Of a DNA stretch of 63,390 nt, positions 18,732 through 26,860 are shown piece after piece (positions within the stretch are counted from its first letter, which is position 1; the number at the start of each line of letters is the position of its first letter). A program made the position numbers and the translations under genes. Location: the IMG/VR virus record IMGVR_UViG_3300019458_000008, positions 1 through 63,390 of that record; one strand, 5' to 3'. Source of the DNA: a virus. The notes below the pieces were generated by a model that searched no databases, was not told the origin of the DNA, and saw only the letters and a program-made list of their open reading frames with translations.

Positions 18732-19627
18732 GGTATATCACTGTCCTCCTTATCCTCGACTGTCCTGTCATGGTCATCCCAAATCCACATTTCGCAGCCT
18801 ATAATCTTTCCTACCGGGCAACTCGAACACTCAAAATCATATCGTGGGCTATCGATATGCCCATTCATACCATTGAGCGGCGGCATCTCGTCAGCTAGCA
18901 CTACCGATCGCCGGCGCCCTAGCTCCTGGTGCCAGTGCTCCCAGGTATCATCGCCCGCTGGCTCGCCCGTTTCATCGTCCACCGCCATCGCTCGGAATGC
19001 TTCTAGTGCCGCTGTCGGTGGTCGTGGCCGGAGGCCCTTCCGTCGAGACCCATAATCCCCCATTAGCCAATTTACGACCGCCCGTCCCCAGTTCGGATTA
19101 TCCCTGTTCCTGACCTTATCAAAGAACAGATATGTTAATATCTGCTCTCCCCACCACGGGGCACCCTCTGGCCCTTGGCGGCTGGACTTCCGCGTCTGCT
19201 TGCTCTCGTGGACCACACCGTCTACCCGATAGTCGGGTGTACCGACGATCCACTCCCAGCCACAGACCGAGCACGTCTCAACTTCCCGCTGCTGGCCGTC
19301 GGTCCCCATAACTGGGGGCGGCAGGGACGATACAGTTCGACAATTTATGCAGTACGCCTGCGGACGTTGACGATCCGACTCGCTTACGATGTCTTCGAAC
19401 TGTAGCCCCTGCGCCCACTGGAGCATAGGATCACGTTCTGGGTCGGGGAGGAGCCATTGATCTTCTGCAATGCGGCGCTTCCCCCATGCTTTCCGTAGAC
19501 AGCCTAGCAGGTCGCTGGCATGCAGCGCCGTGCGTAGGACATCTGTCTTACCGTACCGCTGGAAGATGCGGTCTAGCAGAAGCTTGGTATACTCCTGATC
19601 GAACTCGTACTGGATCCTAATACCCAT
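18728..19627 (-). CDS. PD-(D/E)XK (Cas4/RecB-like) nuclease with Cys clusters
   Basis: ..LHASDLLGCLRKAW.. N-terminal pattern, CINC..CSVC and a C-terminal CSSCPVGKIIGC cluster. Confidence 0.55.
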   Translation of the reverse strand: MGIRIQYEFDQEYTKLLLDRIFQRYGKTDVLRTALHASDLLGCLRKAWGKRRIAEDQWLLPDPERDPMLQWAQGLQFEDIVSESDRQRPQAYCINCRTVSSLPPPVMGTDGQQREVETCSVCGWEWIVGTPDYRVDGVVHESKQTRKSSRQGPEGAPWWGEQILTYLFFDKVRNRDNPNWGRAVVNWLMGDYGSRRKGLRPRPPTAALEAFRAMAVDDETGEPAGDDTWEHWHQELGRRRSVVLADEMPPLNGMNGHIDSPRYDFECSSCPVGKIIGCEMWIWDDHDRTVEDKEDSDIP

Positions 19628-19641
19628 GATATTATCGACCC

Positions 19642-20127
19642 CTATCCTAGGTTGATTAGCGCCTCGGGCTTAGCAATGATTGCATCCTGATCGGCTGGTT
19701 GCCCACTCGATGATTGGCCGGCCGTCGCATCCTTGTATTGTATACCCCGTAGGAAGCCTAGCTCATAGGTAGCTGAAGCAATCAGAGTAATCAGATTCAT
19801 AAGGGGCGGAAAGTCCCCGATGCCCGACAGGCTTGCCTTGTCGATAGCAATAGATGCAATTGCTGTCATCGAAACCGAATCAGCTGTACGCTGATTAGCA
19901 ATTGCATAGGTAGCCGCAGGGTCAGCCTGTAGTACTTCTACCATCTCCTTCTGGAGCCCGGTTAGGATACGGTCCAGTTGATCCCTGACAACCCTTGTCG
20001 TAGCATCAACCTCAGACGGGACCTCGATACTAAGCTGTGTTCCTAGAGCCTGGGCCAGCTGCTCATCTGTTAAATCCCCTGCTGCAATTGGTTGTAGTTG
20101 TTGTTGGCTTGTTACGTCGTCGCTCAC
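19642..20127 (-). CDS. hypothetical protein
   Basis: 161-aa ORF with a GTG start and GGGGG 6 nt upstream. Confidence 0.6.
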   Translation of the reverse strand: MSDDVTSQQQLQPIAAGDLTDEQLAQALGTQLSIEVPSEVDATTRVVRDQLDRILTGLQKEMVEVLQADPAATYAIANQRTADSVSMTAIASIAIDKASLSGIGDFPPLMNLITLIASATYELGFLRGIQYKDATAGQSSSGQPADQDAIIAKPEALINLG

Positions 20128-20167
20128 GTAAACCCCCGTTCGTTCATATCATCTATCGTCTACCCTT

Positions 20168-20194
20168 AAAGGGGGGCCATCCCTGCACCCCCTT
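20168..20194 (-). terminator. GC-rich stem-loop (weak terminator or regulatory hairpin) carrying a near-copy of the GCAGGGATGC motif
   Basis: 7-bp stem AAGGGGG/CCCCCTT with a 12-nt loop. It lies in the 20128-20222 intergenic gap. On the minus sense it is followed by TTTAAGG. Confidence 0.4.
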
Positions 20195-20222
20195 AAGCCT
20201 ACCATATATTATATATCACCTA

Positions 20223-21086
20223 TTACGCAGTAATTGCTCCATCAGCTGCGATGTTGATTCGGCCAGAAGCCGCTAGGTTCTTCACCAGCTCGCCAGTGGC
20301 TACGCCATTGATGATCGACTGGTGGCTACGAACCTCGGGCGGCAGGAGGGCAACTACAGCGCCCATATTATTGATGTTCTGGCCCGGCAGAATCTCCATG
20401 ACTAGGCGCTCGATTGCATCAGCCTCAGAGATACCTTCCTGGGCAGTCGGAGCGGTTGCCGTTGCAGCCTCGTTAGTATTACTGTCCTCCCGGTCCGGAA
20501 CCTGTGTGATCTGGACCTCGCCTGTGTACTGGTAGTCGGGAGCCAGTAGACGCAGCGGTACGAGGACGCGCTTGGCTGGCATTGCACCACCAAAGCGCTT
20601 AGTTGGGAAGAACTCGAAGTCGAAGAGCTTACCGACCAGAACTTCCGGCGGTTGCACCGTGCCTGCAATCCTCTTCCAGGCGCTGGAGATGAAGGTCTCC
20701 TTCTGGTAGTTCGGATTGATGGCTACGAACGTGTTCTCCGTTCGGTTCCACTTTACTAGGTCGAACCCGCCATAGCGTACGGCATCAACCTGGCTGCCAT
20801 CGGGCAGCTGGAGGATTACATCCAGACGCTTGACACGTAGGTCCCACTGGGGGATTCGTGCTTCCTTGGACGGGTTCGAGTCGGCAAGTCGCTGAAGGAC
20901 GGCCTCTCGGGTTAGGCCCAGCTTAGGGTCGGCCTGAGCGACGATGCGATCGACTACCCCATCAAGGTACTTGTCCGAGCACCAGCGGTACTCACTGACT
21001 AGTACCTGACCCGGAAAGAGCTGCGATGGCTCTGTCCAGCTATCAGGGTCAATTGAGAACCCCTGTACGTTACCTACTTCGGTCAT
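20223..21086 (-). CDS. hypothetical protein (replication-module, function unknown)
   Basis: 287-aa ORF between the helicase gene and the recombination genes. Confidence 0.65.
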   Translation of the reverse strand: MTEVGNVQGFSIDPDSWTEPSQLFPGQVLVSEYRWCSDKYLDGVVDRIVAQADPKLGLTREAVLQRLADSNPSKEARIPQWDLRVKRLDVILQLPDGSQVDAVRYGGFDLVKWNRTENTFVAINPNYQKETFISSAWKRIAGTVQPPEVLVGKLFDFEFFPTKRFGGAMPAKRVLVPLRLLAPDYQYTGEVQITQVPDREDSNTNEAATATAPTAQEGISEADAIERLVMEILPGQNINNMGAVVALLPPEVRSHQSIINGVATGELVKNLAASGRINIAADGAITA

Positions 21087-21123
21087 TGTATTCCTATTCC
21101 CTCCTCGTAATATGGTATCCCCG

Positions 21124-22779
21124 TTATCTCAGCCATTTTACTGCTTCCTTGAACCACTCAGCATGATACGTTCGTTTATAGAGCGGCCACCAATTCTGAT
21201 CAAGGATATAGGTCACACCTACATCTGTTGGTGAGCGTACAGCCCGTCCACAAGCTTGTACGACCGTATTAGCGGCTTCCACGTCATAGTTCCTTCGGCC
21301 GAAGTATGGGTCATCCGCTCGCTTGTATTCCCTCCGCATCCGTGTGATCGGGTCGCCAAGGTTACCGAACGGAACCTTCACGATAATCTGGAATCCAATC
21401 TCCTTGATATCAACGCCGGTCGTCATCGAGGGCGACAGACATATGATTGGATTGGATTCATTTCTCAACGCATAGATCATATCCTCCTTCTGGTTGGGCT
21501 TACTGTGGAATACATACCGTGGATTACCTTGTAATAGAGGCCGTAGGTTCTCCACAATATTATAGCTCGCCGTGTGGATGAGGCCCTTCTTCTCTTTCAG
21601 TACACCTGTGTTAGCTATATGCTCTATTGCTGACGCTAAGGTCTTCCAGTCATCCTGATCACTGTTCCGTGATATCGCCGCCACGGGCCAGTAGAAGATC
21701 GGACGGTTCTGTACTGGAAAGGTGCTCGGAACATCTAGATAGACCGCATCCTTGGGGTCAATGGCCAGCTTGGCCATTAGATTCTCGGGGTCCCCAAGGG
21801 TCGCAGACATCACTAATACTGACTCGCTATACTGCCACAGTCGATTATCGATAATAGACCAGGCCCACAAGGGGCGAAGCTTTGTCTCCGCTGACCCGGG
21901 GGATACGGCCCATTCGTCGGGCTTCAGTGTCCGGATCCTCCCAATCGTATCATATAATGCCCGTGCCCGTTTATTCCATTGGGCTGCGCTCCGTAACGCC
22001 TCACCACTGCCACCATCAACCGCAGTCCTATAGGCTGTCCGCGATTCTTCTAGCCACTCTCGGGCCTTGTTCCTGTTATCACTAGCCCATGCGATCCATT
22101 GCCAGATATCACTGCTCTCAGGCCATTCCCGTAGGCCGGCTTCGTCACATGGCCGGCGCCAGAGTGACAGGCTGACCGCCTCGACTACCGCATCCTCGAC
22201 TAGGTGGCCTTCGTCACAGATGAGGAACGGCCGGCGGAACGGGTTGTAGCCCAGCTTCTTGAGACTGTTAGCCGATAGTATCCGAATCGCGTAGGCATAG
22301 TTAGCGATAACCTCCTGGGCACCCGCAACCCCCTCGATCATATTCTGATACCCACAGGTCAGCTCAATATCACCTAAGCAGCCCCCGCCGTACTCTTCGC
22401 AGTCGTCTGCATTCATATACCCGAACAGTTTGACGAGCGGATCATCGGCTGACCGTCCGCATTGATGGTTTCGCTTGCCAGTTGCCAGCTTAGCCCACGG
22501 CATGGTCTCCTGGTACTGTTCCTGCAATTGTATCGTGGCCGTCAAGGCCAATGCATCCAGCCCGAGTAACCGCTGGACCGCCGTGGATACGATAGTCTTC
22601 CCACCGCCTGTCGGGATGTTCGCCAAGACGAACTTGTGTTCCCATAGCCCTTCGACAATATTATCTACCGTCTCCTGTTGTCCCGGCCACCATGTATCGT
22701 TTCCATCTACGGTAACGATACCTAGTTCGGATGGCCGGTTAGGGCATCTATTCACCGGTAGGAGGCCGTGCTGCCCCAT
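21124..22779 (-). CDS. DinG/XPD (Rad3)-like superfamily 2 DNA helicase
   Basis: Walker A ..IPTGGGKT.., DEAH-type ..ICDEGHLVED.., motif VI-like ..VVQACGRAVRSPTD.. Confidence 0.8.
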   Translation of the reverse strand: MGQHGLLPVNRCPNRPSELGIVTVDGNDTWWPGQQETVDNIVEGLWEHKFVLANIPTGGGKTIVSTAVQRLLGLDALALTATIQLQEQYQETMPWAKLATGKRNHQCGRSADDPLVKLFGYMNADDCEEYGGGCLGDIELTCGYQNMIEGVAGAQEVIANYAYAIRILSANSLKKLGYNPFRRPFLICDEGHLVEDAVVEAVSLSLWRRPCDEAGLREWPESSDIWQWIAWASDNRNKAREWLEESRTAYRTAVDGGSGEALRSAAQWNKRARALYDTIGRIRTLKPDEWAVSPGSAETKLRPLWAWSIIDNRLWQYSESVLVMSATLGDPENLMAKLAIDPKDAVYLDVPSTFPVQNRPIFYWPVAAISRNSDQDDWKTLASAIEHIANTGVLKEKKGLIHTASYNIVENLRPLLQGNPRYVFHSKPNQKEDMIYALRNESNPIICLSPSMTTGVDIKEIGFQIIVKVPFGNLGDPITRMRREYKRADDPYFGRRNYDVEAANTVVQACGRAVRSPTDVGVTYILDQNWWPLYKRTYHAEWFKEAVKWLR

Positions 22780-23032
22780 CTAGGAGAATGCGGGGAGCAA
22801 TGCCAAGCAGGCCCAAAGCGGTTATGACATCCGGCGTCCGGTGGACGGCGAACACCTGCCCGTTGCTGCCGATGCCGATCATGACAACTGCCTGGGCATC
22901 CAATTGTAGGCACAGTTCCCTGAACTTCCCGACCGTCTGCTGGGTTGGACTGTTAAGGTCCACCACCCCACGCAAGTTAGGCGGTACGCTAGGATTAACG
23001 TCCTTAAGATTCAGGTCCTGATGTGTAGCCAT
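22748..23032 (-). CDS. hypothetical protein
   Basis: 94-aa ORF with AGGAGG upstream and a promoter-like motif 26 nt upstream of the ATG. Confidence 0.6.
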   Translation of the reverse strand: MATHQDLNLKDVNPSVPPNLRGVVDLNSPTQQTVGKFRELCLQLDAQAVVMIGIGSNGQVFAVHRTPDVITALGLLGIAPRILLDGAARPPTGE

Positions 23033-23057
23033 TGGGATTATTGTCCTCCTGTCTTTG

Positions 23058-23077
23058 ATTATATCACCACTGTCAAG
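23058..23077 (-). promoter_or_regulatory. promoter-like motif CTTGACAGTGGTGATATAAT
   Basis: Intergenic position. TGnTATAAT extended -10 with TTGACA only 7 nt upstream, followed by AGGAGG and an ATG. One of 3 near-identical copies. Confidence 0.6.
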
Positions 23078-23079
23078 GG

Positions 23080-23289
23080 TCAGAGAACCTCCACTTCCTG
23101 GGGCCTGAAAAGATGACTGATGCCCTTGTCCAAGACAATGCGCCAGACCTCCGGATGGTATCCGCGACAGGGCTGGTCATAGGGCTGACAGTCGCAGTAG
23201 TGCTTGATCTCTATCAGTCTCCCGCGCATGTTTCTCCTAACATCACTATACGGTGATTGTAGGATCCTAACTGACTGGCCCGATAGCAT
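23080..23289 (-). CDS. hypothetical protein
   Basis: 69-aa ORF. Confidence 0.5.
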   Translation of the reverse strand: MLSGQSVRILQSPYSDVRRNMRGRLIEIKHYCDCQPYDQPCRGYHPEVWRIVLDKGISHLFRPQEVEVL

Positions 23290-23992
23290 CTATCTGTCCC
23301 TTCGTCAGCATATGCCAATCATCGAAGAACTGTGCCCACCACTCAACCAGAGCATGTTCGTCCACACTCAACTCAGCTGGTGGGGAAACGATTAATTGTG
23401 TAACCGCATTACGCAATAGCCGGCGTGACGCCATCTGCTGCTCCATCAGTCGCCGCATGGATTCATGGACACAATTGTAGAAAATCTCCTTCAGGGTCTT
23501 CAGTTGATCAATGACCGCTGGCCAATCATTGACCTTCAATGCCGTATCAATAACAAAGTCCAGTCCCTCGGTATCATTGGCAATCCTCTTCATAGCCAAT
23601 GCATCCTCCGCTGCCTGGGACAGCTGGTCAAGGTCCATTAGAGGTGTTGGCAGTGCCCGGTTCTCGGGGACTCCACCCCCTTCTAGCGTACGTAGGACTA
23701 GGACAGCACAGTAGTAGATGAAGTGATCGATCTGGCCCTCAAAGTCAGCAGAGTTTCGGTTCAGTACCCGTTCGATCAGATTGAGTATTCCAACATCGAA
23801 GGGCACCCGGACAGAGCGCATCCGCTTACCCTTCTGGTCAAGGGGAAGTCCGGCTCTCGCGTACTCAGCAGCCTCCTCGAAGTCAACCTTAGTCAACTGC
23901 CCCCAGCCGGCTGTCGGCGGGACTGCGTAGGCATCAGTCATCTGCGGTCTCCTTCTCCCGAACACATTGCCCACACTGGCAGTCCTGTCCAT
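23267..23992 (-). CDS. hypothetical protein
   Basis: 241-aa ORF with no motif recognised. Confidence 0.65.
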   Translation of the reverse strand: MDRTASVGNVFGRRRPQMTDAYAVPPTAGWGQLTKVDFEEAAEYARAGLPLDQKGKRMRSVRVPFDVGILNLIERVLNRNSADFEGQIDHFIYYCAVLVLRTLEGGGVPENRALPTPLMDLDQLSQAAEDALAMKRIANDTEGLDFVIDTALKVNDWPAVIDQLKTLKEIFYNCVHESMRRLMEQQMASRRLLRNAVTQLIVSPPAELSVDEHALVEWWAQFFDDWHMLTKGQIDAIGPVS

Positions 23993-24125
23993 GCAGCGGT
24001 TTCAATGACCTCCAGAAGGCCAATGCCTTCACGCACTTCGTACACTTACACTTCTCATCGTGGCTCGGACCAAGCGGTGGAGAGATTATCTCATCCGGCC
24101 GGAGTTCTTTGTTAGTCATTGTCAC
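23934..24125 (-). CDS. small Cys-rich (CxCxxC .. CxCxxC) protein
   Basis: 63-aa ORF with CKCTKC and CQCGQC. Confidence 0.5.
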   Translation of the reverse strand: MTMTNKELRPDEIISPPLGPSHDEKCKCTKCVKALAFWRSLKPLHGQDCQCGQCVREKETADD

Positions 24126-24203
24126 TACGAAATAGAGCTAGCAACAGGCAGTAGATAGCCACAGGAGGCATGACTACCATTAGCATTAGGATTACATCAT
24201 GTA

Positions 24204-24638
24204 TCACGGAAGGGCTCCTCTCTTAAGCTGTTTAACCATATCTCCAGCCTGCTCCTTCCGATACGGCCTGATGTTCTCGTCATCATTGTAGTTCTTCTCA
24301 GCGAACTCGTCAAGTTTCTCGAACCAATTTTCAGTCGATTCCCCAGGTATCGTAGTCGGTTTCGGGGGCGCCGGCGGTATCGATGTCCGAGTGAAGCCAA
24401 CACCAGGGAACTGTACGGCAGTGTCCTCATAGAAAGGCCGCCGTACGGCAGGAAAATGGAGATGACAAATATCACACTTCTGATAACCGCTAGGGATTTC
24501 ATCATCGGTTAGTTCACATTTCTCACATGTTGCCGCAATATCACAGGTCGGACAGTTAATTGTATCTTCATCGATTCCCGTCCGCTTCTGGGTTAGGTGC
24601 TCCGGGTTGGTGATACAGACGAATTCGTAGATTGGCAT
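24204..24638 (-). CDS. FmdB-like zinc-ribbon protein
   Basis: MPIYEFVC..x..NCPTC N-terminus. Paralogue of 2087-2401. Confidence 0.6.
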   Translation of the reverse strand: MPIYEFVCITNPEHLTQKRTGIDEDTINCPTCDIAATCEKCELTDDEIPSGYQKCDICHLHFPAVRRPFYEDTAVQFPGVGFTRTSIPPAPPKPTTIPGESTENWFEKLDEFAEKNYNDDENIRPYRKEQAGDMVKQLKRGALP

Positions 24639-24895
24639 TATTTACCTCGTCTCCTATCTAGCTGCCGTAGCAGCAGGCCAGGAGCTGTAAATGCAGCAAA
24701 GAGTACTCCTATGCCAACCAATCCTGGCCATAAGAATCCCAGTGGACAGGCTACCGAGTAGGTAAAGAGATCCTCTTCCCTACCTGACAGCTGGGCGGTG
24801 GGTAACATCCGCACTAGGACCAATCCCGCCCAGAGAGCTATGATTGAATACCCAATTGGCCCGATGATACATGCAAGAATCTGCCACAATTCCAT
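24638..24895 (-). CDS. small integral membrane protein
   Basis: 85 aa with three hydrophobic segments. Start and stop overlap the neighbouring genes. Confidence 0.6.
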   Translation of the reverse strand: MELWQILACIIGPIGYSIIALWAGLVLVRMLPTAQLSGREEDLFTYSVACPLGFLWPGLVGIGVLFAAFTAPGLLLRQLDRRRGK

Positions 24896-25104
24896 TAGTT
24901 CTCATTCCTCCTATTCAGTATATCCATTACCGCCCCCGCATGCCCATATTGACTGTACCGTGGGTTGATCTTAACCACCAGTTTATCTTGCCAGGTCTCA
25001 ATCAGGACAGTGTTGCCTTCGCCCCGATGTTTATTGAGGAAGCGCGTAATCTCATGAACCGCCGAGTTCACCTGACCCGGCGATTCTAGGCCACTCTGGA
25101 ACAT
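24895..25104 (-). CDS. hypothetical protein
   Basis: 69-aa ORF with GGAGG upstream. Confidence 0.55.
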   Translation of the reverse strand: MFQSGLESPGQVNSAVHEITRFLNKHRGEGNTVLIETWQDKLVVKINPRYSQYGHAGAVMDILNRRNEN

Positions 25105-25128
25105 TGTTGAACCTCCTGCCTCATATCA

Positions 25129-25203
25129 TGGATCGAAGGGCTGGACTCGAACCAACACCACCAGATTCAGAGTCTGGCATACTACCCATTATACTACCCT
25201 CGA
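25129..25203 (-). tRNA. tRNA-Gln (anticodon CUG), CCA encoded
   Basis: Hand-folded cloverleaf. Acceptor TCGAGGG/CCTTCGA (U1-A72), anticodon arm CCAGA-CTCTGAA-TCTGG, T arm GTTGG-TTCGAGT-CCAGC. Confidence 0.8.
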
Positions 25204-25206
25204 ATA

Positions 25207-25278
25207 TGGTACCGCCTGTAGGAATCGAACCTTCTGTGCTGCGTTACGACGGCAGTTCCCGACCATCGGGTCGCCAGC
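25207..25278 (-). tRNA. tRNA-like, possibly Thr (CGU); imperfect stems
   Basis: T loop TTCGATT, D arm CCCG-ATGGT-CGGG, loop GTCGTAA and encoded CCA. The acceptor, T and anticodon stems each carry mismatches. Confidence 0.4.
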
Positions 25279-25279
25279 A

Positions 25280-25349
25280 TGGAGCTTCCGGTCGGAGTCG
25301 AACCGACGTTTCCTGCCTACCGAGCAGGTCGCTAACCTCTAGCGGAAGC
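25280..25349 (-). tRNA. tRNA-Thr (GGU) with C33, CCA encoded
   Basis: Perfect acceptor GCTTCCG/CGGAAGC, anticodon arm CCTGC-TCGGTAG-GCAGG, T arm GTCGG-TTCGACT-CCGAC, short D region. Confidence 0.6.
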
Positions 25350-25418
25350 TGGAGCCAGTGCTGGGACTTGCACCCAGGAGACTAGGCTTACAAGGCTTGT
25401 CTCGTCTATACCTCTGGC
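25350..25418 (-). tRNA. aberrant tRNA-like gene (loop CTTGTAA, Thr UGU-like); no normal D arm
   Basis: Acceptor GCCAGAG/CACTGGC (A6-A67 mismatch), T arm CTGGG-TGCAAGT-CCCAG and CCA. The central 26 nt form one long bulged stem. Confidence 0.35.
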
Positions 25419-25419
25419 A

Positions 25420-25494
25420 TGGTCAGCGGGTGCGGATTCGAACCGCAACTAGCAGGGCCACAACCTACCGTGCTGCCGTTACACTACCGCGCTG
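25420..25494 (-). tRNA. tRNA-His (GUG), CCA encoded
   Basis: Anticodon arm GTAGG-TTGTGGC-CCTGC, D arm GTGT-AACGGCA-GCAC, T arm TGCGG-TTCGAAT-CCGCA, acceptor with one C-C mismatch. Confidence 0.7.
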
Positions 25495-25495
25495 A

Positions 25496-25570
25496 TGGAA
25501 CCTCCGGTGGGACTACGAACCCACATCCGACTGTTTCGAAGACAGCTGTTGGCTGCTTGCCTTCGGGGGC
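25496..25570 (-). tRNA. tRNA-Arg (UCG), CCA encoded
   Basis: Anticodon arm GCTGT-CTTCGAA-ACAGT, acceptor GCCCCCG/CGGAGGT (one mismatch), T loop 8 nt (TTCGTAGT). Confidence 0.65.
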
Positions 25571-25584
25571 TAGCGGCGGCTCGA

Positions 25585-26028
25585 TCATGCCATCACCGCC
25601 TCTCCGGTGGCCTGGGCGATGGCGGCGCGAGCCTTGGCGAGAGCCGCAGTACGGCTCTCTAGATAGTCGCCAGGCTCCCACGATTCCGGGAGGAGTGCCT
25701 GTAGCGCTTCGAGCAGCGCCGGGGCGGCGGCGATCAGCCGGGCGTTGGCGTCCGTCGTCTTCTGATTGCCCGTATCAATTACCCGGGCAACGGCCTCGTC
25801 TGGAACTCCACGGCCTAGAGGGCGGAGGATCAGGGGCTCGTCAAGGAATTGGTCATCGTGGCCCGCATAGGCCTGCCATGGCCCCGGTGTGTGCATAGTG
25901 GTCACGTTGCTACACATAAAGCAGGAGCAATCATCACCATGTAGGATAGCCAATGCGATCTGCGGAGTTAGCTTATTGGTAATGATAAGCCCGTAGATTA
26001 CATCAAGCCAGTCAATATCATACACCAT
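25585..26028 (-). CDS. hypothetical phage protein (C-terminal ..NARLIAAAPALLEAL.. type domain)
   Basis: 147-aa ORF with GGAGGAG upstream. G+C-rich insert inside the tRNA island. Confidence 0.65.
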   Translation of the reverse strand: MVYDIDWLDVIYGLIITNKLTPQIALAILHGDDCSCFMCSNVTTMHTPGPWQAYAGHDDQFLDEPLILRPLGRGVPDEAVARVIDTGNQKTTDANARLIAAAPALLEALQALLPESWEPGDYLESRTAALAKARAAIAQATGEAVMA

Positions 26029-26110
26029 AGTCTTCTCCTCCCAGTTTTATAGACACCGGGTTTGAACCGGCCGCATATGCCGTTCTGCTACAGTCCTACG
26101 TATCATATAC

Positions 26111-26195
26111 CGGTCTGCCCCTCACGCGGGGGCACGGGCGCACAGGCGCTGGCCTTGTAGCCTCCCGTGTGATCCCCCGAGCGAGAGGCAGACCG
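26111..26195. ncRNA. 85-nt GC-rich imperfect hairpin (structured RNA candidate)
   Basis: Outer 9-bp stem CGGTCTGCC/GGCAGACCG, inner GGGGG/CCCCC and CACGGG/CCCGTG helices. No ORF. Flanked by tRNA-Val and a tRNA fragment. Confidence 0.45.
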
Positions 26196-26205
26196 ATGAT
26201 ATCAC

Positions 26206-26280
26206 TGGTAGTCCCTGGAGGATTCGAACCCCCGACGCCTTGGGTGTAGACCAAGCGCTCTTCCGCTGAGCTAAGGGACT
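26206..26280 (-). tRNA. tRNA-Val (UAC) with C33, CCA encoded
   Basis: Canonical cloverleaf. Acceptor AGTCCCT/AGGGACT, D arm GCTC-AGCGGAA-GAGC, anticodon arm CTTGG-TCTACAC-CCAAG, T arm GGGGG-TTCGAAT-CCTCC. Confidence 0.75.
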
Positions 26281-26281
26281 A

Positions 26282-26346
26282 TGGGGGCCATGGCGAGAGT
26301 CGAACTCGCTAGCAACCTGAGGGGGGCCTCTCAGCTTATCTTCTAT
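26282..26346 (-). pseudogene. tRNA-like fragment (T arm + 3' end, no matching 5' acceptor strand)
   Basis: GCGAG-TTCGACT-CTCGC followed by CATGGCC-C-CCA. The upstream part forms only a CTGAG/CTCAG hairpin with an 8-nt loop. Confidence 0.35.
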
Positions 26347-26393
26347 TGGAGCACCCGAAGGGACTCGAACCCCCACGCCTACACTATGGGGGC
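26347..26393 (-). pseudogene. truncated tRNA (acceptor/D 5' part joined directly to T arm; anticodon arm missing)
   Basis: The 47-nt sequence is GCCCCCA-TA-GTGTAGGCG-TGGGGG-TTCGAGT-CCCTT-CGGGTGC-T-CCA. Its 5' 15 nt are also the last codons of the HNH ORF. Confidence 0.4.
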
Positions 26394-26702
26394 ATGTAAC
26401 TTTCGATGGCAGTTGGAACAGAGCACAATGCATTTTGCAATTTCATTCAAGATACGCTCTCTGCTCCACCCTCTCTCTACTGCCTTCGATATAGTGATAT
26501 CTTTAGCTCCAGGATGGTGGAAGTCCAGCGCACGTGAGTCATCTTCAAGACACGAGTCACATGAGAGGGATTCTTTGTACTCTCGAAGCCAAGTTCTAAG
26601 CGCTGCTCGGCGTGCTCTTACTTCCCGTTTCCGCTGCTCCGTATGCTTCTCGTACCAGCGGCGTCGGTATATCTTAGCCTTTGCTTTATCTTTAGTGGGC
26701 AT
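26379..26702 (-). CDS. HNH homing-type endonuclease
   Basis: ..CDSC..LDFHH..K..ISK...G.S...IL.EIAKCIVLCSNCHRKLH.. Confidence 0.85.
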   Translation of the reverse strand: MPTKDKAKAKIYRRRWYEKHTEQRKREVRARRAALRTWLREYKESLSCDSCLEDDSRALDFHHPGAKDITISKAVERGWSRERILNEIAKCIVLCSNCHRKLHAPIV

Positions 26703-26744
26703 CCAAACATCCTCTATGTTTAGTATACCACACGTATTGTTGGA

Positions 26745-26818
26745 TGGCGACCGCGACGGGAATCGAACCCGCCCTAGCAGCGTGACAGGCTACCGTGCTC
26801 CCAGCACACCCCGCAGTC
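26745..26818 (-). tRNA. tRNA-Asp (GUC), CCA encoded
   Basis: Acceptor GACTGCG/CGCGGTC, anticodon arm GTAGC-CTGTCAC-GCTGC, T arm GCGGG-TTCGATT-CCCGT. Confidence 0.8.
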
Positions 26819-26860
26819 ACATAACATGGCATCCTTGCCAGGCATTACCTATCTGCTATA

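Noticed and set aside
26048-26075. T-arm-like sequence GCCGG-TTCAAAC-CCGGT as a further tRNA gene
   Set aside because: No complementary 5' acceptor strand, no anticodon arm and no CCA can be found within 90 nt. It is probably a tRNA remnant.
26111-26195. Hairpin as tRNA-Sec, long-arm tRNA or tmRNA piece
   Set aside because: It has no T-loop consensus, no acceptor/CCA end and no tag-like reading frame. Only a simple extended helix is supported.
26206-26280. Possible amber-suppressor reading (CUA) of the anticodon loop UCUACAC
   Set aside because: With the perfect 5-bp stem the central triplet is UAC (Val), and CUA needs a shifted register. TAG is also used as an ordinary stop by many genes here (for example 1303, 2401, 41774, 43594), so there is no sign of TAG recoding.
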